NCBI GenBank assembly: GCA_964445435.1
Contig: CAYUKU010000002.1
Coordinates: forward strand, 47,988-111,987
Source of the DNA: an uncultured Gammaproteobacteria bacterium
Lineage (GTDB): Bacteria; Patescibacteriota; Microgenomatia; UBA10105; UBA927
Reading direction: 5' to 3'
DNA length: 64,000 bases
The notes beneath the pieces are model-generated. The model did not search any database and was not told where the DNA came from. It saw only the letters and a list, made by a program, of their open reading frames with translations. Each line of letters starts with the position of its first letter. Positions within the stretch are counted from its first letter, which is position 1. Shown piece by piece: positions 9,213 through 18,906 of this stretch. The translations under genes were made by a program, and so were the position numbers.

Positions 9213-11545
9213 AAATGCGTGCGCGCTAGCCAGATGGTTACCCCTATGGCTGCAAGGGGGAAGAACAGAAGCACGATTTTCAGTGTCGAGGGCTTGTAGG
9301 TGAAGGCGACCTCATAGGTGCCGGGTTTATCCAAGAGAATCGCAGTATAGAAGGGGAATACAGTGATGGTCTCGGCAGGGTTTCCGTTTACAGTTGCCTT
9401 CCAGGATGGGTGATAGGTTTGCCGGAGAATGACGACTGAGCGCGGACAGCTTGAGGTGATCTCGACGCGTGCGGCAAATTCCATATCACCGGTCGTTGTC
9501 TGTGAGAGAATCTTCGCGCTGCCATCCGTGCATCCGTCCGGCGCAAGATACGTGGGAATTTCTGCAAGAAGCGAGTGGGTAGTTCCTCCGGGAACCCGGT
9601 AGGTTGCCTCATCCGTCATGCGGAAGTTAGGAAGACCGACTTTTTTGGGGAATGTAGGGTCAAAAACGAGCTGGGGGTAGAGACCCCGCTTGTGGTAGTC
9701 GGACTGGATCCAGAGACGGATGACGTTTATGAATGTTTCTTTTGTTGTAGAGACGATTGCCGGCGAAACACCTGTGGTGATATATCCGTCCGTGTCAACG
9801 GAATAAAGAATCCAGGAGGACGTTTCTTTCATTTTTTTCCAGAAGGGTTGGGAGGGTTGGTCGGGCGGTGCAACTACATAGCGGATGTTGTAGAGAACGT
9901 AATCTCTCGGCTGATCTTCTGAAAAGTACTGCTCGATATCGGAATTGGGGCTCCATGTCTCAGGAAGCCAAAGGACGGTCGGAATGCCATATGTGGACAG
10001 ATGCATATAGTAGGGTGTTTCTGCGACACGGAAATTGCGCCCCCAGGAGCCGCCGCGTCCCGCAAACACCCGGCCCGGGTTGGTTGATAGTTCCTGGTTA
10101 AGGGTGGATAGTAAGAGAGTAGTATCTTTTTCTGCGTTGGCAAAGTTTTCGTTTGCCTGGCGGATGAGTGTGTCGTTATGAGCCGCATAACGTACTGTTT
10201 GGGGATAGACGAAGGAAATGAGAATGACGAGTAGAGCTAATACAACAGAAAGGATGGAAAATTTTAACTTTAATGTTCGAGTTACATAAGACGTAACTCG
10301 GGACGCAAGCTGTTCTAATCCAAGCGGAAGAAGGAAAAGTCCGGCCATTTGTACACCCACGATGAAGCGGGATAGATGAAACTCGCGCATGCCGGGGATA
10401 AGGTCAATGAGTCCTCCCCAGGTTGTCCTGCCGAAATAGAAAAGGATCCAGAAGACGAAAAGGAGCGAAAATGGATAATAAGGTGTAGGAAGAGAAACGA
10501 GAGTTGCAAAAAGAATGATGTAGGTAAGAACAGGGAGTCTTCCGAAGTCGAAGAGCTCGCCATTAAGGAGCCGGATGATCGTATCTCTCGCGCCATAGGA
10601 GTCGAATTTCCACACCGGATCCCAGAAGGAGATATTGTGGTAGTCGCCGTGAAGAAGAATGGGGACGATCCAGTATGCGAGAATGAGTCCTGTGCAGCCA
10701 AACAGGAGCACAAGCCTCTTTCCGGTGGGAAGAAGGGGAGAAATAACCCCCTTCCAGTCAGCATCGAGTGCCGCGCGAAGCGAAGGGGCAAGAGCAAGCA
10801 TCGCAATCGTCAGAAAGGCCATCATGCCGATGCCCAGATGGCCTGCGGTGGTGGCGGTGAGGAAAACAATAGCTCCGAAGACGGAGCCGGTCAATAGGGA
10901 TCCTTCGGGGAGGGTGTTTTTTGATGGCGCTCGACCGAATGCTCCCAAATTCATCAGGTATCTATACGCATACGCAATGGCCAAAGGGAACCAGATCATG
11001 GCAAACAGCTGGCTAGAGAGGCCGTATCCCCGCCACAGAAAGGATGGGGGATCGATACCATAGAGTCCGTCTGTCGACAGGTGGGTCGCAAAAACGGCGC
11101 CCACGCCTGCAGGCATCCAGGAGAGCCCGATGACGCGAAGAGCAAGGAAAACGGAGAGGGGAAACAGGCTTAAGAGGAGATACGTGACGATATGATAGTA
11201 CGAAAATAAGGTAAGCGCGGGAAGAAAAAGATGAAGTACACGCCAGGAGACGACAATAGCAACCTGCGGGATATGGGAATAATAATAGGGAAGATTGTAT
11301 CCCTCGGCCCAGTTGGGAACCCAGTGGTCGACCAGATAAAATGCCATGCAAAACGGTTTGGTAATGCCTGAACATTTTTGTTGCGCAAAATCGAATATTT
11401 GATTCGTCCGGTCAACGAGAGCGAATTGAAAGGTATTATCATTCGGGTCTATCTTTGCGGACAACTCCAAGCGGTAGAGCCAGAGGTTAAAAACTACAGT
11501 CCCGATAAGCATCAAGAGCGCTATATATTTGTCTAACTGTTTCAT
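9194..11545 (-). CDS. Large polytopic membrane protein, YfhO/GT-C-like putative glycosyltransferase
   Basis: 783 aa with more than 12 predicted TM helices in the N-terminal two-thirds, followed by a soluble C-terminal domain. It sits in a glycan locus. The family assignment comes from architecture only. Confidence 0.65.
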   Translation of the reverse strand: MKQLDKYIALLMLIGTVVFNLWLYRLELSAKIDPNDNTFQFALVDRTNQIFDFAQQKCSGITKPFCMAFYLVDHWVPNWAEGYNLPYYYSHIPQVAIVVSWRVLHLFLPALTLFSYYHIVTYLLLSLFPLSVFLALRVIGLSWMPAGVGAVFATHLSTDGLYGIDPPSFLWRGYGLSSQLFAMIWFPLAIAYAYRYLMNLGAFGRAPSKNTLPEGSLLTGSVFGAIVFLTATTAGHLGIGMMAFLTIAMLALAPSLRAALDADWKGVISPLLPTGKRLVLLFGCTGLILAYWIVPILLHGDYHNISFWDPVWKFDSYGARDTIIRLLNGELFDFGRLPVLTYIILFATLVSLPTPYYPFSLLFVFWILFYFGRTTWGGLIDLIPGMREFHLSRFIVGVQMAGLFLLPLGLEQLASRVTSYVTRTLKLKFSILSVVLALLVILISFVYPQTVRYAAHNDTLIRQANENFANAEKDTTLLLSTLNQELSTNPGRVFAGRGGSWGRNFRVAETPYYMHLSTYGIPTVLWLPETWSPNSDIEQYFSEDQPRDYVLYNIRYVVAPPDQPSQPFWKKMKETSSWILYSVDTDGYITTGVSPAIVSTTKETFINVIRLWIQSDYHKRGLYPQLVFDPTFPKKVGLPNFRMTDEATYRVPGGTTHSLLAEIPTYLAPDGCTDGSAKILSQTTTGDMEFAARVEITSSCPRSVVILRQTYHPSWKATVNGNPAETITVFPFYTAILLDKPGTYEVAFTYKPSTLKIVLLFFPLAAIGVTIWLARTHFYRRMA

Positions 11546-11591
11546 ATAGTTTTTCGCGGGTCCTGCCGCAAGCCAAATAACCGCTTTTATA

Positions 11592-13418
11592 TTATGGCCA
11601 TAACATCGTGTTTAGCCAATCTGCGTGGTCGTCTGTCTTTCCGTCGCCTGCATCAGTAACGATGAGTTCCAGCATGTTTACGCCTGAAATATCGACTTCG
11701 GCGTGGCGGGGGTACTCGAACCGCTTCACCAGCTCAGACTGGAAGAGGCGTTTCCCATCTCCCCATATCTCAAAAACAACAGTTGCCTGCGGGCCGCCGT
11801 TGGTGTCCACACCGAAGTCCGTGGTGAGGCGCCGGAATTGGCGGTTGATATGGTACACCTCCCGTGCCGGGGCGTGGGTGCCGATGCCCGTCTTATAAAA
11901 CACATACTGTACCGAGAGAGGTGACCATTTGGAGAAACCAAACGACGCATTGACGGGCATGTTTACCTGCCGTCCGCCGTAGCCGGCAAGCGCGGTGATA
12001 GGAGTGATTTTCGTGATGGATACCGGCTGTTTGAAAAGCAGGGGTTTGTTTACGAGCGTGATGAGTAGAACAAACATGATAACGACAACGATTGCGGTTT
12101 TCTGAAGCGTTGCCGATCTTCGCAAAAGATACAACAGGAAGACGCCGAAGAGTGTGGTTTGGGCGAGAGAGGCCGCGATGGTAAGGAAGGGAGTGTTAAG
12201 CGCAGAGAGAAGCGGAATACCGTTGTTGGGATAATTGACGATAAGCGCGTTATGGAGGTTGAAGAAATATATGACCGTGTATATGCCATAGAGTGTCCAA
12301 AATTGGAGCATCCTTGTGCGTAGTTCTGCCGTTTTTGCGTTTGCGAGGTAAAACGGGAGCCACAAAAGCAAGAATATCGAAAGCGGGAATGCGTAACGAT
12401 CATGGGACTGTGTCTGGAACAGGAAAAACGCGCCGTTGACGAGAATAAGGGATTCGAGAAAACCTTGAAGTAATTCGGCTGGCCGTTTGCTTGCCCGCAA
12501 CTGTTTCAGTGTCGCAAACAAATAGAAAGAGCTGAAGGCAAAAAGTCCAACCGTTTTTGCGTTGGCAATGCCTACGGCCATGACTTTGTCTGACAGCCCC
12601 ATGCCCCGGGCGCCTGAGAATATCCACCATGGGTTATACGCATTGAGGGATAGCCATGGGAAGTAGTCGTAATTGCCAATAATCGAGGCCATGATCCGCC
12701 ACGAATTACCAGCCAGAATAAACTCGGCATTGAGTCCTACGAAGGAGGCAGTAGCGCCCAATAACGTCGTGATAAGTCCCGGTAGTCCGTATGCTTGCCA
12801 TGCAAACAGGAAAAATATGGGCCCGTAAATCATATTTTGGAGTTTGGTCATCATGGCAACCATATAGATGACGCCGGCAAGAGCGAGTTTGCGCTCAAGT
12901 AGAAGAAGAAGGGCGATAAGAAACAGCAATACGCCGACACTGTCTATTTGCCCCCAGAGCGCGCCGTCAAATAACCCAAGCGGCGAGAGGAGATAAACCG
13001 AGGACAGGAGTTCCCAAAACGATAAACCCCAGAATGTCTGGGAAATAACGGGAAAACCGAGTCGTTTGGCATGTCTACCAACATAGAGAAACACGGCCGC
13101 GATCCCGAAGTCGGCCATGATCGGAAACGCTTTGGCAATGGCAAGGAATAGGAGATTCGTGTTTTTCCAGAATTCATTGAAGTTGTGCGGATCGGCAAAC
13201 CAGGTATAGATCCAGACCATGAAGGCGAGAACATACGCAAAGGGAGTGGGGTAGTTGAAGTTGGTAAGGGGTAGGCCTTTTACTGCCCCCACATCCAGAA
13301 CCGCGAGGCCCCAGGATTTCCAGAAGGAAACGTCGGCTTCAAAGCCGGGATTGGGGATAAGAACGAGGCGCGCGGCGAAGGCAAGGGCGAGAAGGGTATA
13401 AAAAAGTGGTCGTTTCAT
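11592..13418 (-). CDS. GT-C-like polytopic membrane protein with a C-terminal NPCBM-like carbohydrate-binding domain
   Basis: 608 aa with a multi-TM N-terminus. The C-terminal ~130 aa (NMPVNASFGFSK...VVFEIWGDGKRLFQSE...LELIVTDAGDGKTDDHADWLNTMLW) carries the NPCBM-type signature, including the terminal DHADW. Confidence 0.7.
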   Translation of the reverse strand: MKRPLFYTLLALAFAARLVLIPNPGFEADVSFWKSWGLAVLDVGAVKGLPLTNFNYPTPFAYVLAFMVWIYTWFADPHNFNEFWKNTNLLFLAIAKAFPIMADFGIAAVFLYVGRHAKRLGFPVISQTFWGLSFWELLSSVYLLSPLGLFDGALWGQIDSVGVLLFLIALLLLLERKLALAGVIYMVAMMTKLQNMIYGPIFFLFAWQAYGLPGLITTLLGATASFVGLNAEFILAGNSWRIMASIIGNYDYFPWLSLNAYNPWWIFSGARGMGLSDKVMAVGIANAKTVGLFAFSSFYLFATLKQLRASKRPAELLQGFLESLILVNGAFFLFQTQSHDRYAFPLSIFLLLWLPFYLANAKTAELRTRMLQFWTLYGIYTVIYFFNLHNALIVNYPNNGIPLLSALNTPFLTIAASLAQTTLFGVFLLYLLRRSATLQKTAIVVVIMFVLLITLVNKPLLFKQPVSITKITPITALAGYGGRQVNMPVNASFGFSKWSPLSVQYVFYKTGIGTHAPAREVYHINRQFRRLTTDFGVDTNGGPQATVVFEIWGDGKRLFQSELVKRFEYPRHAEVDISGVNMLELIVTDAGDGKTDDHADWLNTMLWP

Positions 13419-13430
13419 ATCAATGCTTAA

Positions 13431-13470
13431 GCGGCAAATGCGCAGTTGTCTTCAAAAATTGTTTGCGCCG
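13431..13470. repeat. Partial (right-arm only) copy of the intergenic repeat element
   Basis: gcggcaaatgcgcagttgtcttcaaaaattgtttgcgccgc matches the right arm of copy 1 at about 23 of 25 positions. Confidence 0.4.
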
Positions 13471-13495
13471 CTGCGTAAATTGGTCGCTCCCTCGT

Positions 13496-14140
13496 CTATT
13501 TATTCCAGCTCACTGAATCGACAATGGCGTCAAATATGTTTTTCGGAAGCGGACCGTTGGCCATGTGGATGACGTAGCGGCCGTCGGGGGAGGAGAGGAA
13601 GATATCTTCGTTCGGTGTCTGGCCGGAGGCGTTTATGAATTTCACGCGGTAGCCGGATAATCCTTTCTTATTCGTAAAGGCACCTATCGAAGAAATACCC
13701 TTAAGACCGCTGAATTGTTTCCACCAATTCTCGACATAGGCACGTTTGTTGGCTTTTATATACCCTTTGAGGCTTTCGGTGCGATTGAGATCGTCAACGC
13801 CAATCATGACGTTTTGTTCCGGCGGCTGGTTATTGATGGAAAGAGCGTAAATGTCATATGTGTCGTCGGGGAAGGTGACGAAGGTAAGGTCAGATGGCGC
13901 CTCAAATGCGTACGGGTACAAGCGGCCTTTTATGGTGACCATGTTGCCTTTCGCCGGCTCTTTGGCTACTGTCGGTGAACTTTCAGGTTTGGGTGTTGAG
14001 CCCAGGTACGTGCCTCCCGCCGGAAGAACGATCGTACCTGTTTTTTGGAATGCGAGATTATGCTGCAGTATGACAAGAAGGACGAGAAAAGAGCTTGCGA
14101 TGACAGCGATGAGAAGTGTCCGTTTCATGGATTGGCTCAT
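13496..14140 (-). CDS. Hypothetical secreted or membrane-anchored protein
   Basis: N-terminal signal anchor MKRTLLIAVIASSFLVLLVIL followed by a soluble domain. The start may be the Met at ~14128. Confidence 0.55.
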   Translation of the reverse strand: MSQSMKRTLLIAVIASSFLVLLVILQHNLAFQKTGTIVLPAGGTYLGSTPKPESSPTVAKEPAKGNMVTIKGRLYPYAFEAPSDLTFVTFPDDTYDIYALSINNQPPEQNVMIGVDDLNRTESLKGYIKANKRAYVENWWKQFSGLKGISSIGAFTNKKGLSGYRVKFINASGQTPNEDIFLSSPDGRYVIHMANGPLPKNIFDAIVDSVSWNK

Positions 14141-14381
14141 TGTAACATAGCCGTATTTTGGCTATACTACGGCCTATTCTGTAATCCATCCCACGCGCGG
14201 GATGACGATTATAGAATTTGTAGCACATTGAAACCGGGGGATACAAGGGCAGATAAGGTGGCAGAAAAGTCATTTCAGGGGAATGGCTTTTCCGCCGCCT
14301 TATCTTCAAGGTTCCCGAAACGGGAGAGTGTACACACGCCGTGTATATCTTGGCACATCAAATCCTGACGGAGGTGTTAGA

Positions 14382-14582
14382 ATGAAGACCTTGGGAAGAA
14401 TTCTCAAGCACCCGGTGACGCGGATTATCGGGGGCCTTATGTTCCTTGGCGGAGCTGGGAGTTGCGTGTTTGCCATGGAGGCAGTCACGAATGGAGGGTC
14501 AGTTGCGACGCCCTTTGTACTGTTTGTATTGGCGCTCATCGGAGGCATGGTCGCAATCGGTGACAATTCAAATAATACGTGA
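14382..14582 (+). CDS. Small two-TM membrane protein
   Basis: ATG at 14382 is preceded by GGAGGTG. The 66-aa product has two hydrophobic helices. Confidence 0.45.
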   Translation: MKTLGRILKHPVTRIIGGLMFLGGAGSCVFAMEAVTNGGSVATPFVLFVLALIGGMVAIGDNSNNT

Positions 14583-14733
14583 GAAGCACTGCGCTTCGCT
14601 CTATTTCCGAACCCACCGATCAACACCATCTCTCACCGCCCCCGCAAGGCTCTATTTCTGTAACTGGCGAGAGCCGGTGTTTATCTCCAAACACTTGTAG
14701 CCAGTTACGTCTTTTTCGTAGTAGACTAGACGG

Positions 14734-16440
14734 ATGAGATTGACGAAAAACGGCATCGTTGGAATTCTCATTGTCTTCTTCGTTCTGTTTTCTTTCGCCC
14801 CCACACTCTACGAGTGGCATGTGCGCTTTAAGATTCATGATGACCGGTATTTCGAGCTCGTACATAATTTCCCGACGGACTACAATCTCTATCTTTCGCG
14901 CATCAGGGAAGGGAAAGAAGGCGCATGGCTGGCAACTGAAAAGTATACCTCAGAGCCGCACGCAGGAAGCCTCTCACAGATTCTTTATGTTCTTATTGGG
15001 CGGCTTGCGGATTTCTCTCATGTGCAGACGCCGTATGTGTGGTTTGCGTATCATGTGTCGCGGGCATTCTTCGCGGGACTCCTTCTTCTCATCATCTGGA
15101 AAGTCGTGGAATGGGCGCTTGCTAAGGCGCCGTTTCACTGGCAAATAATTACCTTTCTTCTGGCCGTTACTGCCTCTACCTGGCCGAAGTTTGAGATGGT
15201 AGACGGGATTCCCCGTTTTGGGGGCTACATGCCCTGGTATACGATGGCAGACAGTCTTCAGCGGACGACCTTCATGCCGCATATCACGCTTTCGCAGGGG
15301 CTCCTGGCGTTTATCGTTCTTGTCTTAAGCGGCGGATTCGTGACGAAGAAAATTCCCGGCAACTGGGTGTTTCTGGGCGTCATCGGGATCATTCTGGGAA
15401 TCGTATTTCCGCCGGGACTGCTTTTTCTTTATGGAGTGCTGGGAATAGTAACAGTTGCTGAAATAGCGCTGAGGTCGGCACGGAAAATTCTCGCAGCAGC
15501 GAAAATTTCGTATCCTCCCCGCGCTGGCAGCGCTTTCGTCACTGATGAGTTTTTTGGCAGGGTGATATTTGGGATCATGACCATCCCAACCGTTGTGTAC
15601 TGGCTTTTACTGTTTCAGGAGTATCCGTGGAAGCGGCTGGTGGAATTCGACGTTCTTCACCCCACGAAATTCTCATACAGCGAGTATTTCCTGGCAGTCG
15701 GGCCGGTGTTGCCATTGGGGGTGCTTGCGATCGTCATACTTTTTTTAACCAGGCAAAAAGAGGGAATAGCAAAACTCAAGTACTTCATCGCGTGGGTGGT
15801 AGCCTGGCTTGGGTTTATGGTGATCTTCAACCAGATTCCCCAGCAGTCGCCGACGCGGTTTACCCAGATGGCGCCGCATATACCGCTTGGCATTATCGCA
15901 GGCTGGACACTTGCGTATCTGTCCAAACGATTTGCTCATGCTGCGATCGTGCCGGTTGCCGTCATTATCCTCGCATTGGGGAGTATGGCATCTTCGTATA
16001 TGTGGCTGAAGGATTTCGTGGATCATAAATTGCGGGCGACGATCCCGATCGTGCCAAGCGGTGCACAGGTGATGTATCCCATGCGCGAGATTATCGACGG
16101 CCTGACCTGGCTTCAGATCTATACGCCGAGAAGTGCCGTCGTTCTTACCGCCATGACGACCGGAAATTATGTACCCGTATATGCAGGGAATGTGGCATTC
16201 GTGGGACACGCGAACACAGTGAAGCTCGAGGAGAAACTCGTGGCAGGGGAGCTATTTTATCGCGGTGGCATGTCGCAAACGGATGCAATCCGGTGGCTCA
16301 AGGGAAACAATATCGCATATGTGTTTTATGGATTCGAGGAGCGGGAGTGGGGCGGGACGCTGGACTTGCGAACATTCTATCCAGAGCTGGAACAGGTGTA
16401 TGAGACTGCCAATGTGAGGATATATAGAGTGAAACTCTAA
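14734..16440 (+). CDS. Polytopic membrane protein (putative GT-C-like glycosyltransferase)
   Basis: 568 aa with about 12 TM helices and a small C-terminal soluble domain. It sits in the glycan locus. Confidence 0.65.
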   Translation: MRLTKNGIVGILIVFFVLFSFAPTLYEWHVRFKIHDDRYFELVHNFPTDYNLYLSRIREGKEGAWLATEKYTSEPHAGSLSQILYVLIGRLADFSHVQTPYVWFAYHVSRAFFAGLLLLIIWKVVEWALAKAPFHWQIITFLLAVTASTWPKFEMVDGIPRFGGYMPWYTMADSLQRTTFMPHITLSQGLLAFIVLVLSGGFVTKKIPGNWVFLGVIGIILGIVFPPGLLFLYGVLGIVTVAEIALRSARKILAAAKISYPPRAGSAFVTDEFFGRVIFGIMTIPTVVYWLLLFQEYPWKRLVEFDVLHPTKFSYSEYFLAVGPVLPLGVLAIVILFLTRQKEGIAKLKYFIAWVVAWLGFMVIFNQIPQQSPTRFTQMAPHIPLGIIAGWTLAYLSKRFAHAAIVPVAVIILALGSMASSYMWLKDFVDHKLRATIPIVPSGAQVMYPMREIIDGLTWLQIYTPRSAVVLTAMTTGNYVPVYAGNVAFVGHANTVKLEEKLVAGELFYRGGMSQTDAIRWLKGNNIAYVFYGFEEREWGGTLDLRTFYPELEQVYETANVRIYRVKL

Positions 16441-16603
16441 TCTGGGTCCTGCCGCTTGAAGTATGTTCCGTCAGTGCTCCTCGTCACCGGACCCACCTTT
16501 GTTTCATCACATCTCCTGACCCCACTCACTGCGTAAAAGTTGTATTTCTTGTCTTTCGTATCATTCGTTCCGAGTCCGCGCTGCCGGGCACCCTCTTCTC
16601 GCG

Positions 16604-17323
16604 TCACCCAGATTTATCGTTATTTTTGTAAAACACTCTCTGTTCGATCCAGAGGCGCAGAAGTTCGCGGATGGTCATAAGGATCATAAAGGGATTTGCG
16701 CCTTTGGCGCGGCCGGTGGTGCGGGGGTAGTAGGGAATGGCGACTTCTGAAAATTTATAACCCTTTTGCCATGCCTTGTAGATAACCTCCGGTTCGATAA
16801 GGGCGCTTCTTGGCATGGCAGTGATGTCGATACTGTCGAGGACTTTCTTCCGCCACAGGATGCTTGTGGAAATTTCCTTCAGGCGCACGCCAAACAGTGT
16901 ACGGTAGACCGAGTGAAAGATAAACGAATTAAGTTTGCGCGACCAGGGTTCCGGATTGTTTTTCCGATATCCGACGACAACGTCCGCATGATCCAGCGTA
17001 TCCAAAAAGAGCTTGCAGTCGGAAGCTTTTATCTGACCGTCGGCGGGAAGAAGAAAGATAAGATCTTTGGATGCCGATTTATAGCAGGATTTGATGGCGC
17101 CCGAAAACCCCTGGTTTACGCGGTGACGGATGAGCCGGATGTCTTTGTGTTTTTTTGCCAGGTTTTTGAGAATTTCGTGGGTGCCGTCGGTCGAGCCGTC
17201 GTCGACAATGAGAATTTCCCTGTCACGGGCGCTTCTTTTGGCGACTGCTAATGCTTCCAGAACGACTGATTCTACTGATCCAGCCTCGTTATACGCGGGA
17301 ATGGCGATCGTGAGACTGTTCAT
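16604..17323 (-). CDS. Family 2 glycosyltransferase (polyprenol-phosphate sugar transferase, Dpm1/GtrB-like)
   Basis: N-terminus IAIPAYNEAGSVESVV...ILIVDDGSTDGT with GT-A fold DxD context and the DDGS signature. Confidence 0.85.
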   Translation of the reverse strand: MNSLTIAIPAYNEAGSVESVVLEALAVAKRSARDREILIVDDGSTDGTHEILKNLAKKHKDIRLIRHRVNQGFSGAIKSCYKSASKDLIFLLPADGQIKASDCKLFLDTLDHADVVVGYRKNNPEPWSRKLNSFIFHSVYRTLFGVRLKEISTSILWRKKVLDSIDITAMPRSALIEPEVIYKAWQKGYKFSEVAIPYYPRTTGRAKGANPFMILMTIRELLRLWIEQRVFYKNNDKSG

Positions 17324-18722
17324 ATATTCGCTCGATTATAGCATGGAGACTTTTCGCGCTCGCGAGTACTTTCGTCGGACGGGCCGCGGCAAGGAGTTTC
17401 TTCGTCCGGAGTCCCGTGGCGATGCCAATACACGCGATACCAAGCGATTGGGCCGCCTCGATATCGACCAGGGTGTCGCCCACGACGACAAATGGTTTGG
17501 GGCGGATGGTAGACAGGGCGTATGATTTGCCCTTTTTCCGCGGGGTAAGAACGTGAGAGGAGGGAAACCATCGGGAAAGACCGAGTGAAGACAATTGGCG
17601 CATGAGGCGCGCGCGGTTTTGGCGCAGAGTCACGATATAGAGGGGAAAACGGTTGAAGAGGTGTTCGATTGCCGCTTCAGCTTGAGGAAAAACGGTGTCA
17701 AGCCTGAGATACCGCGTATCTTCAATGTGCCGGCGAAAACGGGAAACATACTGCTTCGTCTGTGTGTTTGGAATCGGCGTAGCGTTTCTGCGGTTGTTCC
17801 AGTAGGCATGGGAAGAAAGGGGGCGATAGCCAAGCCCGGTCATGATGTCGCGATAGACCTGTGCATAGCGTTTGTGCGCATCGAGAATGGTGCCATCCAG
17901 GTCGAAGACAACCGGAGGCATGAATTGTTCTTCCAGCCGGTCAGGGAAAAGAAATCGCGGGGTGAAGGAAAGTGTTTTCCTGGCTTTCGCAATCGAGTAT
18001 ACGAGATTATTTCTGGGGGCTCCTGGTTTTTCCCTGACAGGGACTGTCGGAGACACGAGCCGTGAAACGGACTTTGCAACACTGCGCAGGGTTACTGCAT
18101 GCCCCGTTCCTATGCAAAACACTCCGGCAGAAAATTTCTCCACTGAGAGGAGTACCGCACGGGCGGCATCGTCAACGTGGAGGTAATCACGTTTGTTTTC
18201 TGCTCCAAAGATGACGATGGGGTTTCCGCTTTGAGCGGTGTGAATGAAATTGGGGATCGCGCGGGAAATCGTGTCGCCTGATCCGTAGATGACCGAGAAA
18301 CGAAGGACCATCGCGTCGGGGAGGAGATGTTCGCAGGCGAGTTTGCTTTTGCCATACCAAGAAATTGGATTTGCAGGCGTTTTCTCCGATATTTTTTTGG
18401 TGCCGATTATTCCATATACCTCAATTGTGCTTGCGAAGATAATGTTTCGGGTTCCGAAGACTGATATGAGATTTCTGGTCATGCGGATGTTTCTGGTAAA
18501 GAGTTCTTTCGTGTCATCTTTTTTGGTCTTCGGCACTTCGGCGGCAAGATGAATGATGAGGTCGATGGGCGGAAGTGATTTCGCAAGGCGGGCGAGGGAT
18601 GTTCGGTTGAGAAGATCATATTGCGGGCGGCGTATGGTAAATACGCGGTGACGGGTTTGCCGAAGCTGCGTGTAGACCCTGGATCCCAGAAATCCGGAGC
18701 TGCCGGTGAGAAGTATGTTCAT
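17289..18722 (-). CDS. Fusion protein: NAD-dependent epimerase/dehydratase (N-terminal) and HAD-superfamily hydrolase (C-terminal)
   Basis: N-terminal Rossmann motif MNILLTGSSGFLGSRV. C-terminal HAD motif I VVFDLDGTILD and the terminal motif VVVGDTLVDIEAA. The gene overlaps the downstream GT2 by 35 nt. Confidence 0.8.
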   Translation of the reverse strand: MNILLTGSSGFLGSRVYTQLRQTRHRVFTIRRPQYDLLNRTSLARLAKSLPPIDLIIHLAAEVPKTKKDDTKELFTRNIRMTRNLISVFGTRNIIFASTIEVYGIIGTKKISEKTPANPISWYGKSKLACEHLLPDAMVLRFSVIYGSGDTISRAIPNFIHTAQSGNPIVIFGAENKRDYLHVDDAARAVLLSVEKFSAGVFCIGTGHAVTLRSVAKSVSRLVSPTVPVREKPGAPRNNLVYSIAKARKTLSFTPRFLFPDRLEEQFMPPVVFDLDGTILDAHKRYAQVYRDIMTGLGYRPLSSHAYWNNRRNATPIPNTQTKQYVSRFRRHIEDTRYLRLDTVFPQAEAAIEHLFNRFPLYIVTLRQNRARLMRQLSSLGLSRWFPSSHVLTPRKKGKSYALSTIRPKPFVVVGDTLVDIEAAQSLGIACIGIATGLRTKKLLAAARPTKVLASAKSLHAIIERIYEQSHDRHSRV

Positions 18723-18741
18723 ACGTTTTCATAACCGGCTT

Positions 18742-18886
18742 GTGAACGAATTTGTAAAGACACGCTCAACTGATGGCTCTTTTGCCCTTATACGTTTCCC
18801 CGTTTTTCGCTAAGTGCGCGTTTGCACATAAGAGGAATTCCTCACATGAACCGAGCAAACGCGCAGTTGTCTTCAAAATTGTTCAC
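18742..18886. repeat. Copy 1 of a ~145-bp structured intergenic repeat element (imperfect terminal inverted repeats plus an internal 10-bp stem)
   Basis: gtgaacgaatttgtaaagaca...tgtcttcaaaattgttcac. Internal gcgcgtttgc / gcaaacgcgc stem. Lies between the minus-strand genes 17289-18722 and 18907-19947. Confidence 0.5.
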
Positions 18887-18906
18887 TTGCCGTTTATCAA
18901 CAACTG

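Noticed and set aside
14300-14345. Adjacent short palindromes (gtgtacac and acacgccgtgt) upstream of the small membrane gene at 14382
   Set aside because: 8-11-bp palindromes are common by chance and do not recur elsewhere in the window, so this is not reported as a feature.
11556-16454. Shared 12-mer gggtcctgccgc found at both 11556 and 16443
   Set aside because: With 64 kb on two strands, hundreds of chance 12-mer coincidences are expected, and the flanking sequence is not similar.
16441-16603. Possible tRNA, small RNA or terminator in the 160-bp convergent spacer
   Set aside because: No cloverleaf (no GTTC-type T-arm or acceptor pairing). Only a weak long-loop stem (gggtcc...ggaccc) is present, and no clean intrinsic terminator.
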